From contig WYBS01000069.1 in the NCBI GenBank assembly GCA_011525755.1, positions 5,196-69,195 of the forward strand: DNA of 64,000 nucleotides. The letters are read 5' to 3'. Every line of letters begins with the position of its first letter. The stretch's first letter is position 1. A program made the position numbers and the translations under genes. The notes under the pieces were generated by a model that was not told the DNA's origin, searched no databases, and was given only the letters and a program-made list of their open reading frames with translations. This DNA comes from Planctomycetaceae bacterium. GTDB taxonomy: Bacteria; Planctomycetota; PLA2. This document shows, piece by piece, positions 7,590 through 16,797 of this stretch.

Positions 7590-9113
7590 TCAGCGCACGT
7601 GGTCCGCGCGGACCCGCTCGACGATCACGTTGTTGATGAGGCGGTGCATCGCCACGAGGCCGTGGAGGTTGCCGTCCTTCTGGTAGAAGTGGCCGACCAG
7701 GTGGATGACGACTCCCTTCCCGTAGGCGAACTTGAACGCCACCACGCGCGAGCCGTAGCGCGATCGCATGTCGTCGCTCGCGACGAGCGTCGTCGCCTTG
7801 TCCGACACGGAGACCATCGTGCTCGAGTCCTCGAGCCACCAGTGGCTCTCGCTGCCTCGCGGGAAGACCCCCGCGAGCAGGTGATCCTCGCCGATCGCCT
7901 CCACCTCGACCGTCGTGTCCCGCTGCGACCGCGGCGCGCCGAGCGTCTTCACGATGCCGGGGAAGGCCTCGGTCAGGTAGGGGTCGACCGACCAGTCGCT
8001 GGTGACGACCCAGCAGCCGCCGTGGAGCAGCCGCTTCACCAACTCGCCGAGCTTCGCCGCGAGCGCCCTCGGCGGCGGGTTGCTGCAGTTGACGAAGAGG
8101 ATCCGCGCCTTCGGGGCGCCGCGCAGCAGCAGGTCCTCGCGCGTGACCAGCGTGTAGGGCCACTCGTAGCTGTCGAGCACGGCCTCGATCTTGTCGTGCG
8201 CCCCGCGCACGACGACGATGTGCTCCTTCGAGAGGCGCTGCCTCGCCCCGTGCAGCCCTTCGCCGAGCCCGCGCTTCACCTCGTCCGCCGCCCGCCCCTG
8301 CTCCCCCTCGATGTCGGCCCGGTTGAGGGCCTTGTCGCCCCCCTTCGTCTTCGAGAAGGCGAGCGGCTTCGGGAGACGCGTCACGGGCCTTCTGCCGTCG
8401 CCCGTCCCGAGCGGGGCGGTGTGCGTCAAGTCCTCGTAGTCCGCCGCCTCCGCGCTGCTCGGCAGCACGCGAGCCTCCTCCGCCGGCGGCTCCTCGAAGG
8501 CGACCTCGTCGAGCGTGCCCGGGTCGTACTCCTCGAAGGTGAGCGGCGAGTCGGGCGGAAGCTCGGGCCCGGGCTCCTCCTTCGGGGACGCGACGGCGAT
8601 GTGCGCCACGGGCTCGGGCTCCGGCTGCCGCGTCTCGACGAGGCTCATCAGGAGAAGGATCCCGACGTGCACCATCAGCGAGGCGAGATACCACGGCGCC
8701 TTCGCGATCGTCTCCCGGACCTCGCGCGCGAAGTCGCCATCGTGCGCGGAGGGCGGCTTCCGCGGCGGAGGCTCCGGGGGAAGGGGAGGGGGCGGGGGGG
8801 AGGGGGGCTCGTCGACTGCGAGCCGGCTTGCCCCGGACGTCTCGAGGACCCGCACGACGGCCGAGCCTACGGCGAACGCCTGCCCCGGCCCAAGCATCGC
8901 CTCCCCGACCGTCCGCCCGGCGACGGCGGAGGTGCCCGAAAGGCCGAGGAGCCTCACGCGGCCGCCCTCCGCGCGCAGGATGCAGTGGTTCGGGGCGGCG
9001 GCGGGGTCCATGACGCGCACGTCCGCGCCCTCGCGGCTGCCGACGAGGACCTCGTCGCGTTCCGTCGCGAAGACGCGCTCACCCGACGAGTCCTTGATCG
9101 CGATCCGGAGCAT
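7590..9113 (-). CDS. FHA domain-containing membrane protein with Pro-rich linker and a C-terminal domain of unknown function
   Basis: 507 aa. N-terminal FHA pattern (ERDEVLVGSREGADVRVMDPAAAPNHCILRAEGGRVRLLGLSGTSAVAGR). Linker PPSPPPPPLPPEPPPRKPP. One TM segment (WYLASLMVHVGILLLMSLV). The C-terminal alpha/beta-like domain (ILFVNCSNPPP...GGCWVVTSDW...VIHLVGHF) may have a GATase1-like fold, which is inference only. Confidence 0.8.
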   Translation of the reverse strand: MLRIAIKDSSGERVFATERDEVLVGSREGADVRVMDPAAAPNHCILRAEGGRVRLLGLSGTSAVAGRTVGEAMLGPGQAFAVGSAVVRVLETSGASRLAVDEPPSPPPPPLPPEPPPRKPPSAHDGDFAREVRETIAKAPWYLASLMVHVGILLLMSLVETRQPEPEPVAHIAVASPKEEPGPELPPDSPLTFEEYDPGTLDEVAFEEPPAEEARVLPSSAEAADYEDLTHTAPLGTGDGRRPVTRLPKPLAFSKTKGGDKALNRADIEGEQGRAADEVKRGLGEGLHGARQRLSKEHIVVVRGAHDKIEAVLDSYEWPYTLVTREDLLLRGAPKARILFVNCSNPPPRALAAKLGELVKRLLHGGCWVVTSDWSVDPYLTEAFPGIVKTLGAPRSQRDTTVEVEAIGEDHLLAGVFPRGSESHWWLEDSSTMVSVSDKATTLVASDDMRSRYGSRVVAFKFAYGKGVVIHLVGHFYQKDGNLHGLVAMHRLINNVIVERVRADHVR

Positions 9114-9146
9114 GGCCCCCTGCCCTTAGAATACGGCCACGAAACG

Positions 9147-9178
9147 GGCCTTGCACCGGGATCTCGGGGTGCAAGGCC
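9147..9178. promoter_or_regulatory. Perfect 11-bp inverted repeat (hairpin/operator) in a divergent intergenic region
   Basis: GGCCTTGCACC (9147-9157), a 10-nt spacer, then GGTGCAAGGCC (9168-9178). It lies between the FHA gene start (9113, minus strand) and the small membrane-protein gene (9322, plus strand). Confidence 0.35.
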
Positions 9179-9321
9179 AGAGGCCGGGCCGGCGTGTCGC
9201 CGGGACCGGTGCGTTGCCGGCCGCGGGCCGGTCGAGAAAGGACGGGTCCGGCATCGCCCGGATCCGAAGGCTGCCGGCCGGCGCAAGCCGGGCGGCGAGG
9301 GACGCGACCCGAAGACGGACC

Positions 9322-9597
9322 ATGCTGCTCGACGTCCGCCGGCTGCTCTACGTGCTCCGCAAGGGGCCGAGTCCCCAGCGTCTCCAGGCTTGGGGGGGAG
9401 TCGTGCTCTTCAGCGGCGCGGCGCTCTGGGTCGTCTACAAGGTCGTCCTCTTCCTCTTCCCGATCCTCGCCGCCGGGGTCGTCGCGCTGATCGGCGTCAT
9501 CCTCGTCCGCCGCGCGATCCGCTCCGCGCGCCCCATCGCAGGGGATCCGGCGGGGGCCCGGGGGCCCGCCTCGGAGCCCGTCGGCCGCGAGTCATGA
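9322..9597 (+). CDS. Small membrane protein (2 predicted TM helices), unknown function
   Basis: Internal ATG of the 9151-9597 ORF. The part upstream of it is Arg/Gly-rich junk. From MLLDVRRLLYVL the sequence has two hydrophobic helices (GGVVLFSGAALWVVYKVVLFLFPILAAGVVALIGVILV). Confidence 0.5.
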   Translation: MLLDVRRLLYVLRKGPSPQRLQAWGGVVLFSGAALWVVYKVVLFLFPILAAGVVALIGVILVRRAIRSARPIAGDPAGARGPASEPVGRES

Positions 9598-9650
9598 GGC
9601 GTCGCGGCAGCGCCTCCGATGCCGGGGGCTTCTCGCGGGCCTGAGCGGCC

Positions 9651-10559
9651 GTGGGGCTCCACGACGCCGCCCTTCGATGCCGCGCCTCGGGGGCCGCCGC
9701 CGCGGCGCTCGTGCTGCTCGTGTCCATCGCGCGCGGCGACACGCTCGACGGGCCGGCCTCTGTCGTCCACTTCCCGTCCTCCGCGAAGCCGCAGGCGGAG
9801 CGGATCCAGGAGACCTTCCGGTGGCGTCGGGAGCACGCGGCTCTCTGGCTCGGCCTCGAGCCGGAGGGCAAGGCGCTCGTCCACCTCGTCCCCGACCTCG
9901 CGTCCATGCGCGCCCTCTCCCCCGGAGCCCCCTCATGGGCGGTCGCCGTGACGACCGGAAGCATGATGGTCTTCCGCCTGGACATCGTTGACCGCGACAA
10001 GGCGAACGCACTCGACCTCGTCCTCAAGCACGAGACCATCCACTTCGTCCTCAACCGGTCGCGCGCGAGGTTCCCCCGGTGGTTCGAGGAGGGCCTCGCG
10101 GTCCACCACGCGGGCGTCCCGTATCTCGAGCTCGACACGACGCTCGAGCGGTTCGCGGCGGCGAGGAACCTGCCGCACTTCGACGACGCGGGGCGCCTCT
10201 TCGAGGGAGACTCGCGCGAGGCCGCGCTCGGCTACAAGCTCGGGCAGCGCGCGGCCGGGGCGTTCCTCGGCCGGTTCGGCGACGACGGCCTCCGCCGGCT
10301 CGTGCGGGAGTCGTCCAAGGGGCTCCCGTTCCCGGAGGCGTTCGAGGAGGCGACCGGCGTGACGCTCGCGGCGTTCGAGGAGAGCTGGCGCGCCGAGGTG
10401 ACGCCCGCGCTCCCGTTCTGGCTCTTCGTCGTCGTCGAGAACTTCGAGCTCTCGCTGCTCTTCCTCTGCGCGATCCTCGCAGGGCTCGGCTACGCGCGGT
10501 GGCGCCTGCGGCGCGAGCGTGCGATGTCCGGGCTGGGCGGCGGCCCCGCCGGAGGGTGA
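9651..10559 (+). CDS. Peptidase-MA-like zinc metallopeptidase with C-terminal membrane anchor
   Basis: 302 aa, GTG start, signal-like N-terminus. HExxH motif (HETIH) followed by WFEEGLAVH, which is the typical third-ligand Glu context. C-terminal TM segment (FWLFVVVENFELSLLFLCAILAGLGY). Confidence 0.75.
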   Translation: MGLHDAALRCRASGAAAAALVLLVSIARGDTLDGPASVVHFPSSAKPQAERIQETFRWRREHAALWLGLEPEGKALVHLVPDLASMRALSPGAPSWAVAVTTGSMMVFRLDIVDRDKANALDLVLKHETIHFVLNRSRARFPRWFEEGLAVHHAGVPYLELDTTLERFAAARNLPHFDDAGRLFEGDSREAALGYKLGQRAAGAFLGRFGDDGLRRLVRESSKGLPFPEAFEEATGVTLAAFEESWRAEVTPALPFWLFVVVENFELSLLFLCAILAGLGYARWRLRRERAMSGLGGGPAGG

Positions 10560-10567
10560 GCCTCGGG

Positions 10568-11761
10568 CTACTTGTTCTCGCCGGCCATGATCTCCTCGTA
10601 CCGCGCCTTGTTCTCGCGGTAGCGCTTCGCGGCGTCACCCTGCTTGTAGGTGCCCGCCGCCGTCGCGAGGAGCCGCATGCCGTTGACGAGGAGCTGGTCG
10701 CTCCTGGCCTGCTCCTTCCCCTGGAGCCGCACGCTCATGTCGAGGAGGCACTGGCCGGCGTTGAGGTAGGCGAGGCCGTCGTACCCCGAGTCCGGATACA
10801 TGAGCGCCGCCCGCAGGTAGGGGAATCGCGCCTCCTCGGGCTTTCCCTGCGCGTAGAGGACGTTCCCCTGCGTCACGAACACGAACGCGCGCGTGCCCGG
10901 CTCGGCTCCTTCGATCGCCTGCGCCTTCTCGAGGATCGCCGCCGCCTCGGGGAGACGCTCCGTCTTGCCGGCGCGCCAGATCGCCTCCGCCTGGAGCGCG
11001 AGGGCGTTCACGTGGGCGTCCGCGACCTCGGCCTTGTTCAGGGTCTCGCGGGCGATCGTCGCCGCGGCCCGCTCCGCCTCGTCGTGCTTGCGCTCGGCGG
11101 TATCGACCTTGACCGCGCCGAGGCGCGCGTTGAACTTCCAGACGTCGGTGATGCCGGGGAGACTCGCGATCTGCGCGTACTGCGCCCGCGCGTCCTCGTA
11201 CTTGCGCTGGTCCGTGAGGATGTCCGCGAGGAAGCGGTAGACGAGCGGCGTGTAGATCGAGTTGACGGGCTTCCACTCCTTGAAGTGCTTGATGCACTCG
11301 GGGAGGCGACCTGCCAGGTAGTAGCAGCGGCCGATCTCGTAGAGGGCCCGATACCTGTAAGCCTCGCGCACCTCGCCGTCCGCGGCCACGTCCTTGAAGT
11401 CGTTGACCGCGGCGATCCACTTGCCGTCCGCCATCTCGGCGAGGCCGTTGAGGAACATGTCGGGCTCGGTCGTGTAGATCACGCGGACGACCTCGGAGCG
11501 CTGGAAGGTCTCCGCCTTCGCGTTCGCGGTCTTCTTCCCCGTGATCACGTCGTATCCCTCGGTCTCGATGAGGCCCGTGCTCCGGTCGGAGTAGAGCTCC
11601 ACGTTGTCGGGCGTGATCTCGATCGGGTCGTTGGCCCTGCCGACCTGCGCCGGCATGCCCCAGACCTGGAGCTTGCCGCCCTTCTTGAGGATCAGGCAGT
11701 CGGCGGCAGCGGGCGCGCCGAGAAGGGCGAGCGTCACGAGGGCGATGGAAGCGCGGGTCAT
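10568..11761 (-). CDS. Secreted TPR-repeat protein
   Basis: Start re-picked at MTRASIALVTLALLGAPAAADC (signal peptide). The ATG overlaps the TGA of the upstream VanZ gene (ATGA at 11758-11761). The body is TPR-like (AYRYRALYEIGRCYYLAGR..., GLAYLNAGQCLLD). Confidence 0.75.
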   Translation of the reverse strand: MTRASIALVTLALLGAPAAADCLILKKGGKLQVWGMPAQVGRANDPIEITPDNVELYSDRSTGLIETEGYDVITGKKTANAKAETFQRSEVVRVIYTTEPDMFLNGLAEMADGKWIAAVNDFKDVAADGEVREAYRYRALYEIGRCYYLAGRLPECIKHFKEWKPVNSIYTPLVYRFLADILTDQRKYEDARAQYAQIASLPGITDVWKFNARLGAVKVDTAERKHDEAERAAATIARETLNKAEVADAHVNALALQAEAIWRAGKTERLPEAAAILEKAQAIEGAEPGTRAFVFVTQGNVLYAQGKPEEARFPYLRAALMYPDSGYDGLAYLNAGQCLLDMSVRLQGKEQARSDQLLVNGMRLLATAAGTYKQGDAAKRYRENKARYEEIMAGENK

Positions 11762-12153
11762 GATCCTTCTCCTTGCGAGCCGTGCATTGTAGCGGAGCGA
11801 CCCGGGGGGCGAAAACGCCCGACAAGCGCACCGAACGCCGCGCCGGCCGTATCGGCCAGGAGGTCGGCCCACGAGCGGGTCCGGCCGGGGACGTGGCCCT
11901 GGACCCACTCGTCCAGCATACCGCAAACGAGGCCGGCAAGGGCGCCGAGGAAGACGGCGCGTCGCCGCCCGGACGCGGCCGCGGAGCGCGCGACGAGGGC
12001 GCCGAGGGTGCCGTAGACGGCCGCGTGGAGGATCTTGTCCGCGCCGGGCAGGTCGAGGAGCGGGCTCTCGGGGAGCGCGTCGCCGGGACGGGAGCCCAGG
12101 AAGAGCAGCAGGCCCGCCCATGCGAGGGCGAGGATCGCGTAGGCCTTGCGCAC
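11758..12153 (-). CDS. VanZ-like family membrane protein
   Basis: 131 aa. MRKAYAILALAWAGLLLFLGS...DKILHAAVYGTLGALV...DEWVQGHVPGRTRSWADLLADTAGAAFGALV matches the VanZ pattern (DK..H...Y..L...DE..Q...PGR......D...N..G). Confidence 0.75.
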   Translation of the reverse strand: MRKAYAILALAWAGLLLFLGSRPGDALPESPLLDLPGADKILHAAVYGTLGALVARSAAASGRRRAVFLGALAGLVCGMLDEWVQGHVPGRTRSWADLLADTAGAAFGALVGRFRPPGRSATMHGSQGEGS

Positions 12154-12293
12154 GGCGCACGATTATTCCCGCGCCGCGTCGATCCCGGAATGGAACAGCG
12201 AAGTTGCGACCGGCCGTGAATCAGGCGGCGGCCGCGAGCCGAAGAGGGAAGCGCTGGCCGGGAAGGCGGGTAAGGAGACCCGGCTGGCGCGAA

Positions 12294-13235
12294 TCAACGG
12301 TCTCCACGCCCCAATCTCCTTACCTTGATAAGTTGGGCCACGATCGAAACGGCGATCTCCCCAGCGGATTTCGCCGCAAGGTCGAGCCCGACCGGGGCGT
12401 GGAGCCTTGACGCGCCCACGCCCTCCTTCGCGAGGGCCCCGCGGATCACCTCGGCCTTCTTCCGCGACGCGAGCAGCCCGACGTAGCGCGCCTTCGTCCC
12501 GAGCGCCGCGCGCACGCAGCGCAGGTCGAGGCCGTGCGCGCGCGTCGTGACCACGACGAAGTCCGAGGCGCCCGGCGCCGCCTTCGCGATGCCCTCCTCG
12601 AGGGGTGCGTGGATCACGGCGTCGGCCGCGACGCGCGCGGCTTCCGACTCCCGGTCCTCGATCGCGGTCACGAGGAGCCCGGACTCCCGCGCGACCGCCG
12701 CGACCGCCCTGCCGACGTGGCCCGCGCCGACGACGATGCAGCGCGGCGCGAGGAGCGGCTCGACGAAGCGGTCGCCCTCGAGCTGCGGCTCCTCGCTGCC
12801 GAGGAAGGGGTCCGCGGCGTCCCCCTCGAGGACCTCGTGCGCGACGCGGTCGCCGATCCGCGCCACGAGGGCGGCGCGTCCCCCGCTCGCGCGCAGCTCC
12901 ATCGCGCGCGCGGCCCACGCGGCGGGAGGGTCCACCCGCTCGACGAGGATCCTTACCGTGCCGCCGCAGAGGAGCCCGCCCTCGTCGGCGAGGTCGTCGT
13001 CGAGCGTGAAGGAGAGCGTCTCGGGCCGCCCGGTCCGGAGCGCCTCCTGCGCCCGCTCGACCACCGTCGCCTCCACGCGTCCGCCGCCGACGGTGCCCGC
13101 GAGGCGGCCGGACGGGCCGACGGCCATCCGCATCGCGGACTCCGCCGGCGACGACCCGATCGTCTCGATGACCGTAGCGAGCGCCACCGCCTCTCCCTTG
13201 GCCGCGCGGCGCGCCACCTCGGCGATCGCCTTCAC
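12294..13235 (-). CDS. XdhC/CoxI-family accessory protein (Rossmann C-terminal domain)
   Basis: 313 aa. N-terminal XdhC_CoxI pattern (VALATVIETIGSSPAESAMRMAV...GTVGGGRVE). C-terminal NAD-like fold (RCIVVGAGHVGRAVAAVA...DFVVVTTRAH..D). The start overlaps the stop of the PII-like gene (13232-13235). Confidence 0.85.
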   Translation of the reverse strand: MKAIAEVARRAAKGEAVALATVIETIGSSPAESAMRMAVGPSGRLAGTVGGGRVEATVVERAQEALRTGRPETLSFTLDDDLADEGGLLCGGTVRILVERVDPPAAWAARAMELRASGGRAALVARIGDRVAHEVLEGDAADPFLGSEEPQLEGDRFVEPLLAPRCIVVGAGHVGRAVAAVARESGLLVTAIEDRESEAARVAADAVIHAPLEEGIAKAAPGASDFVVVTTRAHGLDLRCVRAALGTKARYVGLLASRKKAEVIRGALAKEGVGASRLHAPVGLDLAAKSAGEIAVSIVAQLIKVRRLGRGDR

Positions 13236-13525
13236 CGGAGCTCCTCCACGAAGATCTTGCCGTCGCCGATCCGGCCCGTGCGCGCGGCGTTCACCGCCGC
13301 CGCGATCGCCGCCTCGACGCCGTCATCCTCGACCGCGCACTCGATCCGCACCTTGGGCAGGAACGTCACGCGCGTCCCCTCGTCGCGGTAGAGATCCAGA
13401 TGCCCTTTCTGCCGGCCGTAGCCGCGCGCCTCGGCGAGCGTCAGGTTCGTGGCGCCCGCGCCGAGGAGCGCCCGCACGACCGCATCGACCTTGAAGGGCT
13501 TCACGACCACCGTCAGTTTACGCAC
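13232..13525 (-). CDS. P-II (GlnB/GlnK-like) signal-transduction protein, short variant
   Basis: 97 aa. KPFKVDAVVRAL, GYGRQKGH, FLPKVRIE and TGRIGDGKIFV align residue-for-residue with E. coli GlnB as I recall it. Position 51 is Thr rather than Tyr, and the last ~15 residues are absent. Confidence 0.85.
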   Translation of the reverse strand: MRKLTVVVKPFKVDAVVRALLGAGATNLTLAEARGYGRQKGHLDLYRDEGTRVTFLPKVRIECAVEDDGVEAAIAAAVNAARTGRIGDGKIFVEELR

Positions 13526-13547
13526 GTGCCCCCGGACCCCCCGCTCC

Positions 13548-14018
13548 TCATGCCACGGACACCGTCGCCACGCCCGCGCGGCGGAGGAGCGCCGTCGTGA
13601 CGCCGCAGCCGCGGGCGACGCCCTCCTCGGAGTGCACCTGCGCGCACCCGCAGGAGGGCGAGCGCTCCTTCAGATACGCGACCGCGCAGCCGTTCGAGAG
13701 CGCCTCCTCGACCGCCTTCCGCGCGCCGTCGAGGAAGCGCTCCGTGACGTCCTCGCCCCGGTCGTTCACGACCCGCGCGCGCCCCTCGGCCACGGCCTCG
13801 CCGTCCCCGCCGACGATCCGCGCCGCCGGTCGCGGGGTCCCGAGGCCGCCCGCCTCCTCCGGACAGAAGGGGACCGCCTCGGCCCGCTCCGCGCGCAGCG
13901 CGTCGAGGAGCCCCTTGAGGAGCTTGTCCTTCCCGTCGAACCGGCAGGCCCGCCCGACGAGGCAGGCGGAGACGAGGACCTTGGCCACGCCCCCAAGGTA
14001 CCCGGCGAGGCCCGCCAT
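13548..14018 (-). CDS. DUF523 (YbbK/TudS-like) Cys-rich protein
   Basis: Start re-picked at MAGLAGYLGG. VLVSACLVGRACRFDG...FCPEEAGGLGTPRP...ERSPSCG is the DUF523 pattern. The upstream part of the 367-aa track ORF is low-complexity. Confidence 0.75.
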   Translation of the reverse strand: MAGLAGYLGGVAKVLVSACLVGRACRFDGKDKLLKGLLDALRAERAEAVPFCPEEAGGLGTPRPAARIVGGDGEAVAEGRARVVNDRGEDVTERFLDGARKAVEEALSNGCAVAYLKERSPSCGCAQVHSEEGVARGCGVTTALLRRAGVATVSVA

Positions 14019-14130
14019 GGCCCCGCGGCGCCCTCCGCCGGCCCTTCGGGCGGCCCCCCCTGAAGCCGCGGCCCAAGCGTCCGAAAATGGGATAGTGCCG
14101 AAGGCCAAGAGCCAGGGGGGCACGGGGAGG

Positions 14131-15318
14131 GTGCGGCGCCTTTCGCTGCTGTTGCCCGCACTCCTCGCCGGGTGGCTCCTCCTCTCCCATTTCGTGGTGC
14201 GCGCCCGGGTCGAAGGGTGGCTCCAGCGGACCTTCCGCGGCGACGCGAAGGTCTCGTGGGCGCTGCTCTGGCCCGACTTCGACGCCACGGCCTTCGGCGT
14301 CACGATCGAGACCGGGCACCACAGCCTCGAGGCGGAGCGCGTCGTCGTCGGCGTGAATCCGCTCGCGTTCTTCGGCGGGCCGATGGTCGACCGCGTCGAG
14401 GTCCATGACCTCGCGGCCGAGTTCGACGAGGGCGAGCCGGTCGAGCTGCTCCGCGTGCCCGTCGCCGGAGAGGAGGGGGCTCCGGGGGAGGAGGCGCAGC
14501 CCCCGGCCAGGTCCCCGGCCGCCGGCGATCCCCCCCGCGCCCCCCCGCTCGTCTTCCGCGACCCGCAGGTCTTCCTGCGGCGCCCGGACGGGCCGCGGCG
14601 GAAGGTCTTCTCCGCCGCGCGCCTCGCCGCGACGCAGATCGGCGACCTCACCTACCGCCTCGAGGCCGACGGGGGCGAGCTCGCCGTCGTCCCCTTCGAG
14701 AAGCTCACCGGGAGGCTCATCCCGCGCGCGGGCCACCTCCTGCTCTCGCGGATGAGGATGCGCTCCTTCAACGGGATGGTCGCGGGGATGCTCGACGTCG
14801 ACACGGCGCGCGCGGGCGGGTTCAACGGCGAGGTCGAGTGGCGGTTCGTCGAGGTGGACGAGGTCTGGACGACCTACGGGCTCCCGTACGCCGAGAAGCG
14901 GAAGGGCGATCTCGCGGGAAAGGTCGTCTTCCGCGCCGACCGCGTCTCCCTCGACGCGCTCAAGGGGAAGGCCGAGATCCAGCTCGAGAACGCCGCGTTC
15001 TTCTCGCCGCTCTCCTTCAAGGTCTTCCTCGTGATGAAGGTGCCGGTCGCGGCCGAGGCGCCGCTCACGCGCGGCACGATGACGTGCTCCTTCGAGGATT
15101 CGCGCTTCTACCTCGAGGCGGCCCGCTTCGAGGCGCGCGACTTCGCGCTCGACGGGCAGGGGATCGTCTCCTTCGCCGGCGGCTGCGACCTCGAGGTGTC
15201 GCACGCCGGCACCGTCGTCGCCGTGAGCGGCCGGATTGACGACCCGAAGATCACCGTCCTCCCGTTCTCGGCGATCACCGCCCCGGTCGACCGGATTTTC
15301 CGTGAGAGGGTCCGATGA
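14131..15318 (+). CDS. Membrane-anchored protein, AsmA-like C-terminal region suspected
   Basis: GTG start at 14131 precedes the TM/signal segment RRLSLLLPALLAGWLLLSHF. Everything 5' of it in the 573-aa ORF is antisense to the DUF523 gene. The stop overlaps the start of the BON gene (15315-15318). Confidence 0.6.
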   Translation: MRRLSLLLPALLAGWLLLSHFVVRARVEGWLQRTFRGDAKVSWALLWPDFDATAFGVTIETGHHSLEAERVVVGVNPLAFFGGPMVDRVEVHDLAAEFDEGEPVELLRVPVAGEEGAPGEEAQPPARSPAAGDPPRAPPLVFRDPQVFLRRPDGPRRKVFSAARLAATQIGDLTYRLEADGGELAVVPFEKLTGRLIPRAGHLLLSRMRMRSFNGMVAGMLDVDTARAGGFNGEVEWRFVEVDEVWTTYGLPYAEKRKGDLAGKVVFRADRVSLDALKGKAEIQLENAAFFSPLSFKVFLVMKVPVAAEAPLTRGTMTCSFEDSRFYLEAARFEARDFALDGQGIVSFAGGCDLEVSHAGTVVAVSGRIDDPKITVLPFSAITAPVDRIFRERVR

Positions 15319-15638
15319 GACGCTTTCCCCTCCTCCTCGCGCTCCTCCTCCTTCCCGCCTGCCGGGGCTACCGCGACCCCGAGGACAGCGTGGAGCTCAA
15401 GAAGGGGATCGACGACAGCAACGCCGCCACCCGCGTGCGGATCGCGCTCGGCGAGGACGCGCAGACGGCGCCCTACGCGGCGATCAAGGTGAGCTGCGAG
15501 GACGGCGTGCTGACGCTCGAGGGGACCGTGGACCGCGCCGCCGTGCGCGACCGCGCGGGCGACCTGGCCTCCGTCGACCCCGCCGTCCGGAAGGTGCGGA
15601 ACCGGATCAGCGTTCAGACCGCCAGTTCTCCACGCTGA
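15315..15638 (+). CDS. BON-domain lipoprotein
   Basis: 107 aa with a lipobox (LLLLPAC/R). BON pattern: ATRVRIALGEDAQTAPYAAIKVSCEDGVLTLEGTVDRAAVRDRAGDLASVDPAVRKVRNRI. Confidence 0.75.
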   Translation: MRRFPLLLALLLLPACRGYRDPEDSVELKKGIDDSNAATRVRIALGEDAQTAPYAAIKVSCEDGVLTLEGTVDRAAVRDRAGDLASVDPAVRKVRNRISVQTASSPR

Positions 15639-16041
15639 CGATCTTGAACCGGCCGTCCCGCTTCGCGAACGTGACGCGGAGGAGAGCCGTCCCCTCGAAG
15701 CGTTTCGTGCGGACGTCGACGCGCAGGAGCGGGATCAGGATCTCTCCGCCCTTCGGGATGTAGGCGGGCGAGCCGGTCGTCACCTCCTCGGGGCGGTCGT
15801 CCACGAGGCACATGCGGAGGTAGCGCTCGATCGTCCCGCGCGAGTAGGCCCCCCGGTAGTCGTCCGCCACCGCGTCGAGGATGCCCGCGACCGCGTCCTC
15901 GCCGCCCTGCCGGGCGAGCTCGAGGAGCCGCTCGACTTCCATCTCGACGCGCTCGGCGTCGGTGGTGACCAGCGCGTCGATCGCGAGCCAGAGGCCGACC
16001 GCGAGGAGGAGGCCCATGATCACGATCCGGCCCGCGCCCAC
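15607..16041 (-). CDS. Membrane-anchored hypothetical protein (SnoaL/DUF4440-like fold suspected)
   Basis: 144 aa. N-terminal TM segment (IVIMGLLLAVGLWLAIDALV), then a soluble domain with normal composition. The 3' end overlaps the convergent BON gene by 32 nt. Confidence 0.6.
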   Translation of the reverse strand: MGAGRIVIMGLLLAVGLWLAIDALVTTDAERVEMEVERLLELARQGGEDAVAGILDAVADDYRGAYSRGTIERYLRMCLVDDRPEEVTTGSPAYIPKGGEILIPLLRVDVRTKRFEGTALLRVTFAKRDGRFKIVSVENWRSER

Positions 16042-16061
16042 GTCCGGAGTATACTGCCCGC

Positions 16062-16787
16062 TTGGCGCGCGGGATCACGGATCGGATGGCGCTCGCCGCG
16101 ATCGCGGGCGGCGTCACGGCGCTCTTCGGCCTCACCACGCGCTACCTGCGCCACTCCTGCCGCTGGCACATGGGGGGCCCGCTCCACGAGGCGCTCGCCG
16201 ACGGCCGGCCGCTGATCGTCGCCTCGTGGCATCAGGACGTGGTCCCCTTCTTCCACTATCTCGCGAACTACTCGCGGCTCGAGGGGAACCGGCCGTTCCG
16301 CATGCTTGCGAGCCGCTCCTTCGATGGCGACGTGACCGAGCGGATCATGCGGCCGTGGGGCTTCCGCTTCGTGCGGGGGTCGTTCGGCAAGGCGGGCGGC
16401 AGCTCCGCCGCCAAGGGGCTCCTCCGCGCGCTCGCCGCGGGCGAGCGGGTCGCGCTCGTCGCGGACGGCCCGCTGCCCCCCGCGGGGGTGATGCGGCCCG
16501 GCGCGATCTACCTCGCGCGAGAGAGCGGCGTGCCGCTCTACGTCGCGCGGGCGTGGGCGCGGCCGCAGATCCTCGTGCCGCGCACCTGGTTCCGCATGGC
16601 TCTTCCGGTCGGCAGGGCGCACATCGCCTGCCTCTCGGCGGGTCCCGTCGACGTCTCGGGCACGCTCGAGGAGGCGCGGGCGCGCGCCGAGGGGGAGCTG
16701 CGGAGGTTGTGCGAGGATGCGGACGCGCTCCTCTACCTGAGGCGCAAGGTCAGGGGCGGCATCAGGCTCGCGGCACGGCCCTTATAA
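16062..16787 (+). CDS. DUF374-family (lysophospholipid acyltransferase-like) protein
   Basis: 241 aa. The TTG start is uncertain, and an alternative ATG lies 8 codons downstream. IVASWHQDVV...SRSFDGDV..RIMRPWGFRFVRGS...ALVADGPLPP is the DUF374 pattern. Confidence 0.75.
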   Translation: MARGITDRMALAAIAGGVTALFGLTTRYLRHSCRWHMGGPLHEALADGRPLIVASWHQDVVPFFHYLANYSRLEGNRPFRMLASRSFDGDVTERIMRPWGFRFVRGSFGKAGGSSAAKGLLRALAAGERVALVADGPLPPAGVMRPGAIYLARESGVPLYVARAWARPQILVPRTWFRMALPVGRAHIACLSAGPVDVSGTLEEARARAEGELRRLCEDADALLYLRRKVRGGIRLAARPL

Positions 16788-16797
16788 TCCGGCGCGG

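Noticed and set aside
5716-9644. 992-aa (minus) and 1040-aa (plus) ORFs spanning the UbiA/FHA region
   Set aside because: The composition is almost entirely R/G/A/P/D/E. They cross several genes that have real motifs, signal peptides and TM helices in other frames. No credible start context.
15607-15638. 32-nt convergent 3'-end overlap of the BON lipoprotein gene and the 144-aa membrane protein gene
   Set aside because: The overlap is real if both calls are right, but short convergent overlaps are common in compact high-GC genomes. Nothing indicates a regulatory role.
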